Origin: Hydrurus foetidus
Taxonomy: Eukaryota
NCBI GenBank assembly: GCA_900617105.1
Contig: UYFQ01000006.1
Location: 620,001-684,000 of the forward strand
Reading direction: 5' to 3'
DNA: 64,000 nt
This document shows positions 41,663 through 50,480 of this stretch, piece after piece. A model generated the notes under the pieces. That model saw only the letters and a list, made by a program, of their open reading frames with translations. It was not told where the DNA came from and searched no databases. Made by a program: the position numbers and the translations under genes. The first letter of the stretch is position 1. The number at the start of each line of letters is the position of its first letter.

Positions 41663-43885
41663 TTATGACAACACCAGCATCACCGTAGACAACGGTGGCA
41701 GCGTCAGCACCAGCGAATCGGCCAAACCGTGTTCGGCCTGCGCTTCGCTGTGAACCACGCCATTGCCGACACCGCTGCCGCCGTACACCGCACCATCACT
41801 GTTGATGATCTCGCGGTAACTGCCCGCCTTGGGTACGCCGATGCGGTAGCCGTGGCGCACCATCGGGGTGAAGTTGCAGACCACAACGACCAGCGAGGCA
41901 TCGCCTGCCAAAACCGGGGCGGAATGTCGAGCAAAGGCGATGACCGATTGGGCTGCGTCGTCGTGGCTGAGCCATTGAAAGCCGCCGCCATCGTGGTCTA
42001 AGGTGTGCAGAGCGGTGAAGTGGCGCATCACGCTGTTCAAGTCTTTCACCAAGCGCTGCACACCAGCGTGCTTGGTGTCTTGCAGGGCGGGCCAGTCGAG
42101 ACTGGCATCGGCGTTCCATTCGGCCCATTGGGCGAACTCGCAGCCCATGAACAACAACTTTTTGCCGGGGTAAGCCCACATCAAAGCGTAGTAAGCCCGC
42201 AGGTTGGCAAAGCGCTGCCAAGCGTCGCCGGGCATGCGTTGCAGCAGCGAGCCTTTGCCGTGGACGACTTCATCGTGCGACAGCGGCAGCAGGAAGTTTT
42301 CGGTGAAGGCGTACATCAGCCCGAAGGTGAGCTGGTTCTGGTGGTGCTGGCGGTGGATAGGGTCGAGGCTGGCGTAGCGCAGCGTGTCGTTCATCCAGCC
42401 CATGTTCCATTTGTAATGAAAGCCCAGACCACCGTGCTCAGGCGGACGGGTGACACCGGGGAACGAGGTTGACTCTTCGGCCAACGTGATGGCACCAGGG
42501 CGCTCGGTGCCCACAATGTGATTCATGCGCTGCAAAAAGGCGATGGCCTCCAGGTTTTCGCGCCCGCCGTGCTTGTTCGGAATCCACTCACCGTGCTTGC
42601 GGCTGTAGTCGCGGTAAAGCATCGAGGCCACGGCATCGACACGCAGGCCGTCGATGTTGTAGCGCTCCAGCCAGTACAGCGCGTTGCCAACGAGGTAATT
42701 GCGTACCTCGGTGCGGTCGTAGTTGAAGATCAGCGTGTTCCAGTCTTGGTGAAAGCCTTCACGCGGATCGGCGTATTCGTAGAGCGCGGTGCCGTCAAAC
42801 TGGGCCAGTCCGTTGGTGTCGGTGGGGAAGTGGCCGGGCACCCAATCCAAAATCACACCCAGGCCGGCTGCGTGGGCGGCATCGACAAAAGCGCCAAAAT
42901 CGTTGGGCGTGCCAAAGCGGGCACTGGGCGCGTACAAACCTATCGGCTGGTAGCCCCAAGAGCCATCAAACGGGTGCTCGCTGACGGGCAACAGCTCGAT
43001 GTGGGTAAAGCCCATCTCCACGCAGTAAGGCACCAGCGACTGGGCCAGCTCGCTGTAGCTCAGCCAGCGGCCTTCTTTGGCGAACTCAGACGTGCCAGCC
43101 ACACCCTCATGCGTGCGCCGCCAACTGCCCAAATGCACCTCGTAAATGCTCATGGGCGCGGCAAAACTGTTGGCGCACGCACGGCCAGCGGGCATAGAGC
43201 GCACGGGCGGCAGAGCACACACCACGCAGGCGGTATCAGGGCGAAGTTGCATCCTAAAGGCATAGGGGTCAGCCTTCAAAACGACATGCCCGTGGGCGTT
43301 GCGCATCTCAAACTTGTAGAGGTCACCCTCGGCCATGTGAGGCACAAACATTTCCCACACACCGCATTCACGGCGCAGGCGCATCATGTGGCGGCGACCG
43401 TCCCATTGGTTGAAATTGCCCACCACCGAAACGCGCTGGGCGTTCGGAGCCCACACAGCAAAGGCCACACCAGCCACGCCGTTCATCTCGCACAAATGGG
43501 CCCCCATGCGCTCAAACGGACGCTGGTGCGTGCCCTCGGCGAGCAACCACACGTCCAATTCGCCCAACACCGGCGGGAAGCGATAGGGGTCGTCAATATC
43601 GGTGGTGTGGCTACCCCAGTTCACGCGCAAGCGGTAGGCCAGCGGGTCTGTTGCACAGCAGCCCTCAAACACATCGCTGTCAGGCACGCGGGTGAGGGGG
43701 GTAAGCACCTCGTCGGTTGACGGCAAGGCCATACTGACCACCGTCACCGTCTGGGCACCGGGCAGCAAAACCCGCACCCCCCACTCCTCGCCCACAAAGT
43801 ACGGCCCCAGCACCGAAAAAGGATCACGGTGGTCGGCGCGCATCAGCGCAGCAAGCTCTAGGGGTGCTAAGGTGGTTGGAGTCAT
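41663..43885 (-). CDS. glgB: 1,4-alpha-glucan branching enzyme
   Basis: [40 protein letters not shown] and SHDEVVHGK motifs. Confidence 0.98.
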   Translation of the reverse strand: MTPTTLAPLELAALMRADHRDPFSVLGPYFVGEEWGVRVLLPGAQTVTVVSMALPSTDEVLTPLTRVPDSDVFEGCCATDPLAYRLRVNWGSHTTDIDDPYRFPPVLGELDVWLLAEGTHQRPFERMGAHLCEMNGVAGVAFAVWAPNAQRVSVVGNFNQWDGRRHMMRLRRECGVWEMFVPHMAEGDLYKFEMRNAHGHVVLKADPYAFRMQLRPDTACVVCALPPVRSMPAGRACANSFAAPMSIYEVHLGSWRRTHEGVAGTSEFAKEGRWLSYSELAQSLVPYCVEMGFTHIELLPVSEHPFDGSWGYQPIGLYAPSARFGTPNDFGAFVDAAHAAGLGVILDWVPGHFPTDTNGLAQFDGTALYEYADPREGFHQDWNTLIFNYDRTEVRNYLVGNALYWLERYNIDGLRVDAVASMLYRDYSRKHGEWIPNKHGGRENLEAIAFLQRMNHIVGTERPGAITLAEESTSFPGVTRPPEHGGLGFHYKWNMGWMNDTLRYASLDPIHRQHHQNQLTFGLMYAFTENFLLPLSHDEVVHGKGSLLQRMPGDAWQRFANLRAYYALMWAYPGKKLLFMGCEFAQWAEWNADASLDWPALQDTKHAGVQRLVKDLNSVMRHFTALHTLDHDGGGFQWLSHDDAAQSVIAFARHSAPVLAGDASLVVVVCNFTPMVRHGYRIGVPKAGSYREIINSDGAVYGGSGVGNGVVHSEAQAEHGLADSLVLTLPPLSTVMLVLS

Positions 43886-43980
43886 GCAACATTCTGCCAT
43901 CGCAACATCACGCTCAGTAACAACAGCGTTACATCACTTTGTACTTTCCATGCGCCATCCACCCCTACAAAACCTACGCT

Positions 43981-44259
43981 ATGCAATGCCGTGAACACTG
44001 CGGCGCGTGCTGCACCGCACCGTCCATTTCCAGCGCCATCCCCGGCATGCCCCACGGCAAACCCGCAGGGGTGCGGTGTGTGCAGCTGGATGCGGATCAG
44101 CGCTGCAAGATTTTTGGGCAGCCTGAGCGCCCCGCCGTGTGCGGTCAACTTAGCCCTTCGCAAGAGATGTGCGGAGCGAACCGGGATGTGGCGATGGCGT
44201 GGCTGACGCGCTTGGAATGGCTCACAAGCCCTGAATCAAGCCCCAACAGCCCCACCTGA
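43981..44259 (+). CDS. YkgJ family cysteine-cluster protein
   Basis: [31 protein letters not shown]. Confidence 0.9.
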   Translation: MQCREHCGACCTAPSISSAIPGMPHGKPAGVRCVQLDADQRCKIFGQPERPAVCGQLSPSQEMCGANRDVAMAWLTRLEWLTSPESSPNSPT

Positions 44260-44655
44260 ACCAGGCTGCTGCACCAAGGCCATCGCAAAGCGCCCTTCGC
44301 CCACCGACCAATCGGAGTAGTCGTTTTCGTGCATGAAAATAAACACATCTTGCGAAGCCACGCCACCGCTGTGCGCCAAGTTGTGCGCGATCGCCGCGTA
44401 CAAAGCGCATTTCATCGCGTCACTGCGTCCACGCCGCAAAGTGATTTCGACCACCACCACCCGGTCTGAGCGGCTGATGCCGTTAAAGCTGCGGCTGCAC
44501 CAAAACTGGCCCGGCTCGTAGCCTGCCACCAGGTTGAACAGCTCGTCTTGCGGCATCCCAATGCTGTCAATCAGCGCTTGGTGTATGCCCATCACAATGG
44601 CTTCTTGCTGTGCTGCGGGCATGTCTTTGGGGAGGTTAGTGCGGATAATTGGCAT
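44236..44655 (-). CDS. Tautomerase family protein
   Basis: N-terminal MP (catalytic Pro1), GRS...K..LY and DWSVG.G. Divergent from a LysR regulator. Confidence 0.88.
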   Translation of the reverse strand: MPIIRTNLPKDMPAAQQEAIVMGIHQALIDSIGMPQDELFNLVAGYEPGQFWCSRSFNGISRSDRVVVVEITLRRGRSDAMKCALYAAIAHNLAHSGGVASQDVFIFMHENDYSDWSVGEGRFAMALVQQPGSGGAVGA

Positions 44656-44794
44656 GTGCTTGATTCTCAAGATGGGAAAAGGAATGCCCCTCACAGTCGA
44701 TGTCGACTTTGAGGAGCTGGTGCTGATTTTTGCGGATCTCTGTCGGATAAAAAAGCGACTTTTGCGCGGGTTGTATGTGCTCTAAACTCACTTT

Positions 44795-45796
44795 ATGAAA
44801 CGCCGTTTGCCACCCCTCCATGCCCTGCGTGCTTTTGAAGCCGCCGCCCGACTGGGGCGCATGAGTGCCGCTGCCGATGAGCTATGCGTCACCCCTGGTG
44901 CCATCAGCCGCCAAGTGCGCCAACTCGAACTCAGCTTGCAACTCACCTTGTTTGAAGGCTCCAAAAACAAGCCGCAACTGACCCGCGCCGCCAAAGCTTT
45001 GCTGCCCGCCCTGAGCGCTGCCTTTGACAGCATGGAAGCCGCCGTACAGACCGTGACCGCCACACGCCGCAGTACCCTGGACGTGTCGTGCTTCAGCACC
45101 TTCACCGTGAAATGGCTGATCCCAAGGCTGTTCGGTTTCCATGCCCAGCACCCCGACATCGAGATCCGCCTGGGAACCGCTGACCAAGCAGTTGCAACAG
45201 ACCCAGACCGCTACGATGTGGTCATAACCGTGGCGCAAGCCGCTGATGATGATGATGATGATGATGATGTCAATTCCAATACCTTAAGCATTCCCCTCTT
45301 CCCCGAATGGCTTGGCCCCGTGCTAGCCCCCTCATTGGCTGCTCACATCAGCCTGCACAGCACAGCCCCTTTCGCCGCACAAAGCCTGCTGCAAACCCAA
45401 ACCCGGCTGAACGCTTGGCCCATGTGGGCCGCGGCCCAAGGCTGCGCACTGCCAGCACAAACCGGCCCGGTGTTTGAGCACTACTACTTCACCCTGGAAG
45501 CAGCCATTGCAGGGCTGGGCATCAGCATCGCCCCCTGGCACTTGGTGGGCGACGATATTCGCGCGGGTCGCTTGGTGGCCCCGTTCGGCTTTCAGCAAAG
45601 CAGCTACCGCTATGTCGCCCAACGTAAGGCCAAAGACAACGCCAACCTCGATGTGTTTTGCGCTTGGCTGCAAGCCCAAGCCGCAGCCATGCCTACGCCT
45701 TCTCAAACCCCATGCGCACCTCAAACCCTTGCGCCAAACCGGGCGGTGGCGATGCAAAAGAGAGCTGCCCGTGGTGGCGATCCACAATCGTTTTAA
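44795..45796 (+). CDS. LysR-family transcriptional regulator (GcvA-like)
   Basis: RLPPLHALRAFEAAAR..AADELCVTPGAISRQVR and WLIPRL motifs. Confidence 0.95.
   Translation: MKRRLPPLHALRAFEAAARLGRMSAAADELCVTPGAISRQVRQLELSLQLTLFEGSKNKPQLTRAAKALLPALSAAFDSMEAAVQTVTATRRSTLDVSCFSTFTVKWLIPRLFGFHAQHPDIEIRLGTADQAVATDPDRYDVVITVAQAADDDDDDDDVNSNTLSIPLFPEWLGPVLAPSLAAHISLHSTAPFAAQSLLQTQTRLNAWPMWAAAQGCALPAQTGPVFEHYYFTLEAAIAGLGISIAPWHLVGDDIRAGRLVAPFGFQQSSYRYVAQRKAKDNANLDVFCAWLQAQAAAMPTPSQTPCAPQTLAPNRAVAMQKRAARGGDPQSF
45245..45268 (+). repeat. (GAT)8 microsatellite encoding Asp8 in the LysR regulator
   Basis: Eight perfect GAT units, in frame. Confidence 0.95.
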
Positions 45797-47087
45797 CGAT
45801 CGACAGGCCCAGCCCAAACCCAGCGGAATTGGCAGACAAACGCACATGGCGGTGCGCCAGATCAGTCAGCCCTGGCGCATCGACACCGGGCCCGCTGTCA
45901 CGCACCACCACTTCCCCTGCGGGGCTGATCTCCACCACCACCGCACTGCCCTGCCCGTGGCGCAGGCTGTTTTCAACCAGATTGCGCACCGCAATGGCGA
46001 TGGCATCGGTGTCGCCATAAACGCACACGGCTTCATCACCGCAGACACTCAAACGCGCACTGGTGGCATCGCCTGACTCAAATTCCTGAACCACCGCCGC
46101 TGCCAGCGGGTACAGGCCCACCCGGTCGCGTGCCAGCGCTGCACCAGATTCAGCGCGTGAGAGTTGCAGCAACTTTTCAGTGCGTCGTTTGAGCTGCGTC
46201 AAGGCGCTGCTGGCGGCACTCACCTCCACTCTGGCACCCTCTGGAAGCGCGAGCGCCAGCGCATTGAACAGCCGCAGCTGGGCCACCGTCAGTGGGGTGC
46301 GCAGCTCGTGGGCGGCGTTCTCGGCCAACGCACGCTCGGCTTGCAGCGCGTCATGCAAGCGCAGCAGCAAGCGGTTCACGCTGCCCACCAAGTCTTGCAG
46401 CTCATCGGGCAAGCCCTGCGTGTGCATCTGGGTGAGATTTTGACCACCGCGCGCACGTACCTGCTCGGTCACACCGGCCACCGCCGCCATGCGAAGCCGC
46501 ACCGTGCGGCGCACCAAAAGCACCAGCAACGGCAAGATGACGCACAGCGGCAGCAGCAAGAAAAGCAGGCTTTCATTGCGTGCTTGCAAGCGGTGCTTGA
46601 GCGGGTCAGCCACGCGGATCAGCAGGTCTTGCACCGGGTGCCGCAAGGTGTACACCCGCCACCCGTCAGTTTGGGCAAACCCCGGCACCAAGGGCACTGC
46701 CAGTGGCGTTGCGGGCGCATCCACCGAACGCATCAGCAGCACACCGGAAGCATCAACGAGTTGGTAAATCAAATAATCAGATTGAACTGGGTGCTCTGGG
46801 TGTGCATCCGGTTGCACACCCGTTGGCGCACCAGCCTGTGCAGCGGGCACCGTGCGGCTCACGCTGCCGCCGTGGCTGCGGGCTTCGTCCAGCTCGTGCG
46901 CGGCAAGTTCGAGCAAGCGGTTAGCGCTTTGAACCAGGCCACTGTCCAGCGTTTCAGCGATTTCTTTGTCCACATACCAAGCCACAGCGAGCGCTCCGGC
47001 CAACCAAAAACCACACACCCACAGCACGATGGCGCGGCTTAGCTGCGTGCTCAGGCTGGTGGACGCCCACATGAGCGGGCGCGTCAT
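45693..47087 (-). CDS. Sensor histidine kinase (QseC/PmrB-like)
   Basis: Two TM helices, AAHELRTPL, NLVENSLRH, DSGPG and GFGLGL. Confidence 0.95.
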   Translation of the reverse strand: MTRPLMWASTSLSTQLSRAIVLWVCGFWLAGALAVAWYVDKEIAETLDSGLVQSANRLLELAAHELDEARSHGGSVSRTVPAAQAGAPTGVQPDAHPEHPVQSDYLIYQLVDASGVLLMRSVDAPATPLAVPLVPGFAQTDGWRVYTLRHPVQDLLIRVADPLKHRLQARNESLLFLLLPLCVILPLLVLLVRRTVRLRMAAVAGVTEQVRARGGQNLTQMHTQGLPDELQDLVGSVNRLLLRLHDALQAERALAENAAHELRTPLTVAQLRLFNALALALPEGARVEVSAASSALTQLKRRTEKLLQLSRAESGAALARDRVGLYPLAAAVVQEFESGDATSARLSVCGDEAVCVYGDTDAIAIAVRNLVENSLRHGQGSAVVVEISPAGEVVVRDSGPGVDAPGLTDLAHRHVRLSANSAGFGLGLSIVKTIVDRHHGQLSFASPPPGLAQGFEVRMGFEKA

Positions 47088-47755
47088 GCCCCCTCCGGAT
47101 TGAAGCGGTAGCCCAGACCCCGCAGCGTGTGGATGCAGTTGCGGCCCAATTTACGGCGCAAATTGCTGATGAACACCTCCAGCGTGTTGCTGTCGGCCTC
47201 GTCATCAAAGCCGTAAAGCGCACTCAGCAAAGCCTCTTTGGAATGCACCCTGTCCGGCCGCGAGACCAGCGCACGCAGCAGCGCCCACTCCTTGGCGGTC
47301 AGCTCGACGGGCAACCCCGCCACTGTGGTGCGGCTGCGCGACAAATCCACCTCGATAGGGCCAAACTTCAGCACTGCGCCAGCGCTGCTGGCACCATTGC
47401 CCCGGCGCTGCACAGCACGCAAACGGGCCAGCAGCTCATCAGGGTCAAAAGGTTTGACCAAATAATCATCCGCACCGGCATCCAAACCCCGAATGCGGTC
47501 TGAAATCTGGTCTTTCGCCGTCAAGATGATGGTCGACGCATCGGGTGCAAACCGCCGCACCGAACCCAACAAATCCAAGCCATCGCCATCAGGCAAGTGC
47601 AGGTCAAGCAACACCACACCCCAATGCGCCAATGGCAAGGCCTGCCGGGCCGCTTGCAGGCTGGCGGCGGCATCCACCACAAACCCCCTGGCGACCAAAA
47701 ATGCCGTCATGGCAGCCGCCAATTCGCGGTCGTCTTCAACGAGCAATACACGCAA
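47084..47755 (-). CDS. OmpR-family response regulator
   Basis: RVLLVEDD, LLDLHLPDGDG, GADDYLVKPF and wHTH TLRGLGY. TTG 47755 follows AAAGGAA. Confidence 0.95.
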   Translation of the reverse strand: MRVLLVEDDRELAAAMTAFLVARGFVVDAAASLQAARQALPLAHWGVVLLDLHLPDGDGLDLLGSVRRFAPDASTIILTAKDQISDRIRGLDAGADDYLVKPFDPDELLARLRAVQRRGNGASSAGAVLKFGPIEVDLSRSRTTVAGLPVELTAKEWALLRALVSRPDRVHSKEALLSALYGFDDEADSNTLEVFISNLRRKLGRNCIHTLRGLGYRFNPEGA

Positions 47756-47811
47756 GAGCGTTCCTTTCTGGGGTGTTGATTCCGGTTCAACACCAGCCAT
47801 TGGGATGCATG

Positions 47812-47856
47812 AAGCTGAAGCCAAGCTGAATTTTGTACTCAAGTTCCGTTCAGCTT
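47812..47856. promoter_or_regulatory. Two divergent OmpR-type direct-repeat boxes (TTCAGCTT-N3-TTCAGCTT)
   Basis: Minus strand 47812-47830 is a perfect TTCAGCTT-GGC-TTCAGCTT. Plus strand 47838-47856 is CTCAAGTT-CCG-TTCAGCTT. Both have an 11-bp period. Confidence 0.6.
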
Positions 47857-47902
47857 GGGCGTTTATCCTGAATATTCCCCCTTATTTGATGAGGATTCCC
47901 CC

Positions 47903-48358
47903 ATGAACACACAACGACACCCTCGCAACATGACCCTATGGCCTCGATTCGGGCTGTGCATAGCGCTGCTGTGCAGCATTGGCACACCGTCATACGCTTT
48001 CGCCGCAGACAGTGCGCAGTCCCAGGTGAATGGCTGGACGGCGGCAGCCAAAACCAGCCAACCGGCGTTCAGCCCCTCCGCCGAGCGCGGGCGTGATCTT
48101 TACCTGCGCCAAACGGGTCACAACCCCGACATGGCGAGTTGTGCGGCCTGCCACACCGCCAACCCCAGCGCCACAGGCAAACATGCCATCACCAGCAAGA
48201 CCATCGCCCCTATGGCACCACAGAGCAACCCTGAGCGCTTCACGGATGCGGTCAAAACCGAAAAATGGTTCAAACGCAATTGCAACGACGTGCTGGGCCG
48301 CGCCTGCACTGACGCAGAGAAAGCCGATTTCGTCAGCTACTTGCTGTCCGTCAAGTAA
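47903..48358 (+). CDS. SHP-like (DUF1924) monoheme cytochrome c
   Basis: Signal peptide, CAACH and KWFKRNCNDVLGRAC. Confidence 0.88.
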   Translation: MNTQRHPRNMTLWPRFGLCIALLCSIGTPSYAFAADSAQSQVNGWTAAAKTSQPAFSPSAERGRDLYLRQTGHNPDMASCAACHTANPSATGKHAITSKTIAPMAPQSNPERFTDAVKTEKWFKRNCNDVLGRACTDAEKADFVSYLLSVK

Positions 48359-48387
48359 CTCAACACCCCTTTGACAAAGCGCTAAAA

Positions 48388-48885
48388 ATGAATCAAACCA
48401 TAGCAGCCTACGCCCGTACAGCCGTGTTATCCGGCTTTTTCACCATGACCCTGAATACCCAGGCCCATGACATGAAAATACCCTTGGCGCCCAAGGTTTA
48501 CGCCACCGAATGCGCCAGTTGCCACACCGCCTACCCGCCCGGTCTGCTGGTGAGCACGGACTGGAAAAAAACCCTGGATAACTTGAACCGCCATTTCGAC
48601 ACCGATGCATCCGTCTCTGCCGAAGAGCTCCAAGGCATTTCCGCCTACCTGCTCGATCACGCCGCCACCGATGCCAGCCGCTACACCGCACAAAGCGACC
48701 CCGTGCGCCTGACCCGCACCGCGTGGTTCGAGCGCAAACACATGCGCAAACTGCCCGCCAGCGTATGGGCGGATCCGCTGGTGAAATCGGCCTCCAACTG
48801 CCAGGCTTGCCACACACGGGTGGACAAGGGCAGTTTTTCGGAGAACGAGGTGGCGGTTCCTGGCTTCCCCGGCAAGCATTGGTAG
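48388..48885 (+). CDS. Diheme cytochrome c (DHC)
   Basis: ECASCH.AYPPGLL...W..L..HF..DAS and NCQACH. Confidence 0.9.
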   Translation: MNQTIAAYARTAVLSGFFTMTLNTQAHDMKIPLAPKVYATECASCHTAYPPGLLVSTDWKKTLDNLNRHFDTDASVSAEELQGISAYLLDHAATDASRYTAQSDPVRLTRTAWFERKHMRKLPASVWADPLVKSASNCQACHTRVDKGSFSENEVAVPGFPGKHW

Positions 48886-48896
48886 GGGCACAGGCG

Positions 48897-49508
48897 ATGA
48901 ACTTGAAAACCATCCCCGTGTGGGATTGGGTGGTGCGCGTGGGCCACTGGACGCTGGCTGGCGCTTTTTTAACTGCCTACTTCACGGCTGAATCCGAATC
49001 GCTGCGGCTCATCCACACCACCAGCGGGCTGGTGGCGCTGGCGGTGGTGTTGTTTCGCATCGTCTGGGGGCTGATCGGCTCGCGGCACGCTTTGTTCGCC
49101 AACTTCATCCACGCGCCCAAAGAGGCTATGCGCTACCTCCGCCACCTGCTTCACGCCACACCTGACCACCACACCGGGCACAACCCGGCTGGCGGCTGGG
49201 CCGTGATTGCCCTGTTGGGGCTGACCGCACTCACCGCTGCCGCTGGCTTGGCGAACTACAACGACTGGGGCGGCCACCTGATGGAAGAGGCGCATGAGGT
49301 GCTCGCCAACCTGAGCCTGGGGCTGGTCGTCGTGCATGTGTGCGCTGTGGTGGTCAGCTCGTGGCTGCACCGCGAAAACCTGGTCAAACCCATGTTCACG
49401 GGGCGAAAGCTGGGCTATGCCGACGAAGCGATCAACCCCTCCCAAGGTGGCTTAGCCGCTGTGCTGCTGCTGGTGTGGGCCGCTGCGCTGGCGTGGTGGC
49501 TGCGCTAA
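48897..49508 (+). CDS. Cytochrome b (Ni-hydrogenase cytb-like) membrane protein
   Basis: VWD..VR.GHW, GHNPAGG, HE..AN, H..AV and ENLV.PM.TGRK. Confidence 0.92.
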   Translation: MNLKTIPVWDWVVRVGHWTLAGAFLTAYFTAESESLRLIHTTSGLVALAVVLFRIVWGLIGSRHALFANFIHAPKEAMRYLRHLLHATPDHHTGHNPAGGWAVIALLGLTALTAAAGLANYNDWGGHLMEEAHEVLANLSLGLVVVHVCAVVVSSWLHRENLVKPMFTGRKLGYADEAINPSQGGLAAVLLLVWAAALAWWLR

Positions 49509-49548
49509 GGGCTGACCGCGGCTGATGGAAGGCGCACATGTACCCACG

Positions 49549-49567
49549 TTCAGCTTAGATTCATACT
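49549..49567 (+). promoter_or_regulatory. Third copy of the TTCAGCTT direct-repeat box, upstream of the RND operon
   Basis: TTCAGCTT-AGA-TTCATACT, ending about 40 bp before ATG 49608. Confidence 0.5.
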
Positions 49568-49607
49568 GTTGCTTTACAGTGACGCGCTTGCTCCACAGGT
49601 TTGAACC

Positions 49608-50480
49608 ATGTCTTTACGCTATACCTTAAATACCCTGTTTGTACTTATCAGCACTGCGTTAACAGCTACTTTTTTAGGAGCATCCACGCTACCCATTCGG
49701 CTGCAAGGCATGGTCGTCTTGCCACCGCAGGCGATTGAAACCGTCAGCGCTCCAGTGACGGGCTTTGTGCAAGCGGTGCTGGTGTCGGCCACCGACACGT
49801 TGCGCCCTGGCCAAGCGGTGGCCACCCTGCACAGTGCACAGCTCATGGAATGGCAGCGTGAGTACATCCAACTGAACGTGCAGGCCCAGCAAACCCAAGA
49901 CCGCTTGCAACGCAGTGAGCGCTTGGCGGCAGAGGGCATCGTGGCGCAGTCGCGGGTGCGGGACGACCGCTATGCCCACACCCAAGCGCAGGTGGCCGCC
50001 CAAGAGCGCCGCCAAGCCCTGCTGCTCGCGGGGATGGGGGACGCGCAACTCAAGGCGCTGCTTGACAAGCCCTCGGTGCATGCGAACTTGAGCGTCAGCA
50101 CGCCGCGTGCAGGCACCGTGCTGGAGGTGCTGGCCCGGCCCGGTCAGCGCGTGGAAGCTGGCGCGCCGCTCATCACCCTGACGCGCAGTGGCTGGCTGGC
50201 GCTGGAGCTGCAAGCCACCGCCGAGCAAAGCCAGCAGATCCAAGCGGGGGCGGTGGTCACGGTGGTGGGCTGTGCCGCTTTAGGTCAAAGCGGGCATGGC
50301 CAAGCTCGCGTGAAGGGCATTTCAGCCTTGATGCGCGGTGGCAACCAAGCGGTGACGGTGCATGTCAGCCTACCTCCCAGCGCCAGTGCCTGCCTGCGGG
50401 CCAACCAAGCGGTAGAAGCCGATGTGCTTGTCGCCACACCCGCCACCTCCTCTTCCACCGCCATAACCGGTAAGCCTTGA
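49608..50480 (+). CDS. RND efflux periplasmic adaptor (MFP)
   Basis: VSAPVTG.V, a coiled-coil hairpin and P.AGTV....RPGQRVEAG.PL. Overlaps the RND gene start. Confidence 0.85.
   Translation: MSLRYTLNTLFVLISTALTATFLGASTLPIRLQGMVVLPPQAIETVSAPVTGFVQAVLVSATDTLRPGQAVATLHSAQLMEWQREYIQLNVQAQQTQDRLQRSERLAAEGIVAQSRVRDDRYAHTQAQVAAQERRQALLLAGMGDAQLKALLDKPSVHANLSVSTPRAGTVLEVLARPGQRVEAGAPLITLTRSGWLALELQATAEQSQQIQAGAVVTVVGCAALGQSGHGQARVKGISALMRGGNQAVTVHVSLPPSASACLRANQAVEADVLVATPATSSSTAITGKP
49628..49681 (-). repeat. 54-bp dispersed repeat, copy D (inside the MFP N-terminal anchor coding region)
   Basis: Minus strand reads GCTCC-N7-GTAGCT-N6-GC-N9-AAGTA-N9-TATTT. Confidence 0.6.

Noticed and set aside
43917..43932. 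GTAAC-N6-GTTAC palindrome upstream of glgB
   Set aside because: Only 5-bp arms and a single copy. Cannot be distinguished from chance.
45693..45796. Convergent 3' overlaps (LysR/HK 104 bp; also Spy/HK 57614-57666 and YkgJ/tautomerase 44236-44259)
   Set aside because: The overlapping tails are low-complexity C-terminal extensions, common in GC-rich genomes. No evidence of function.
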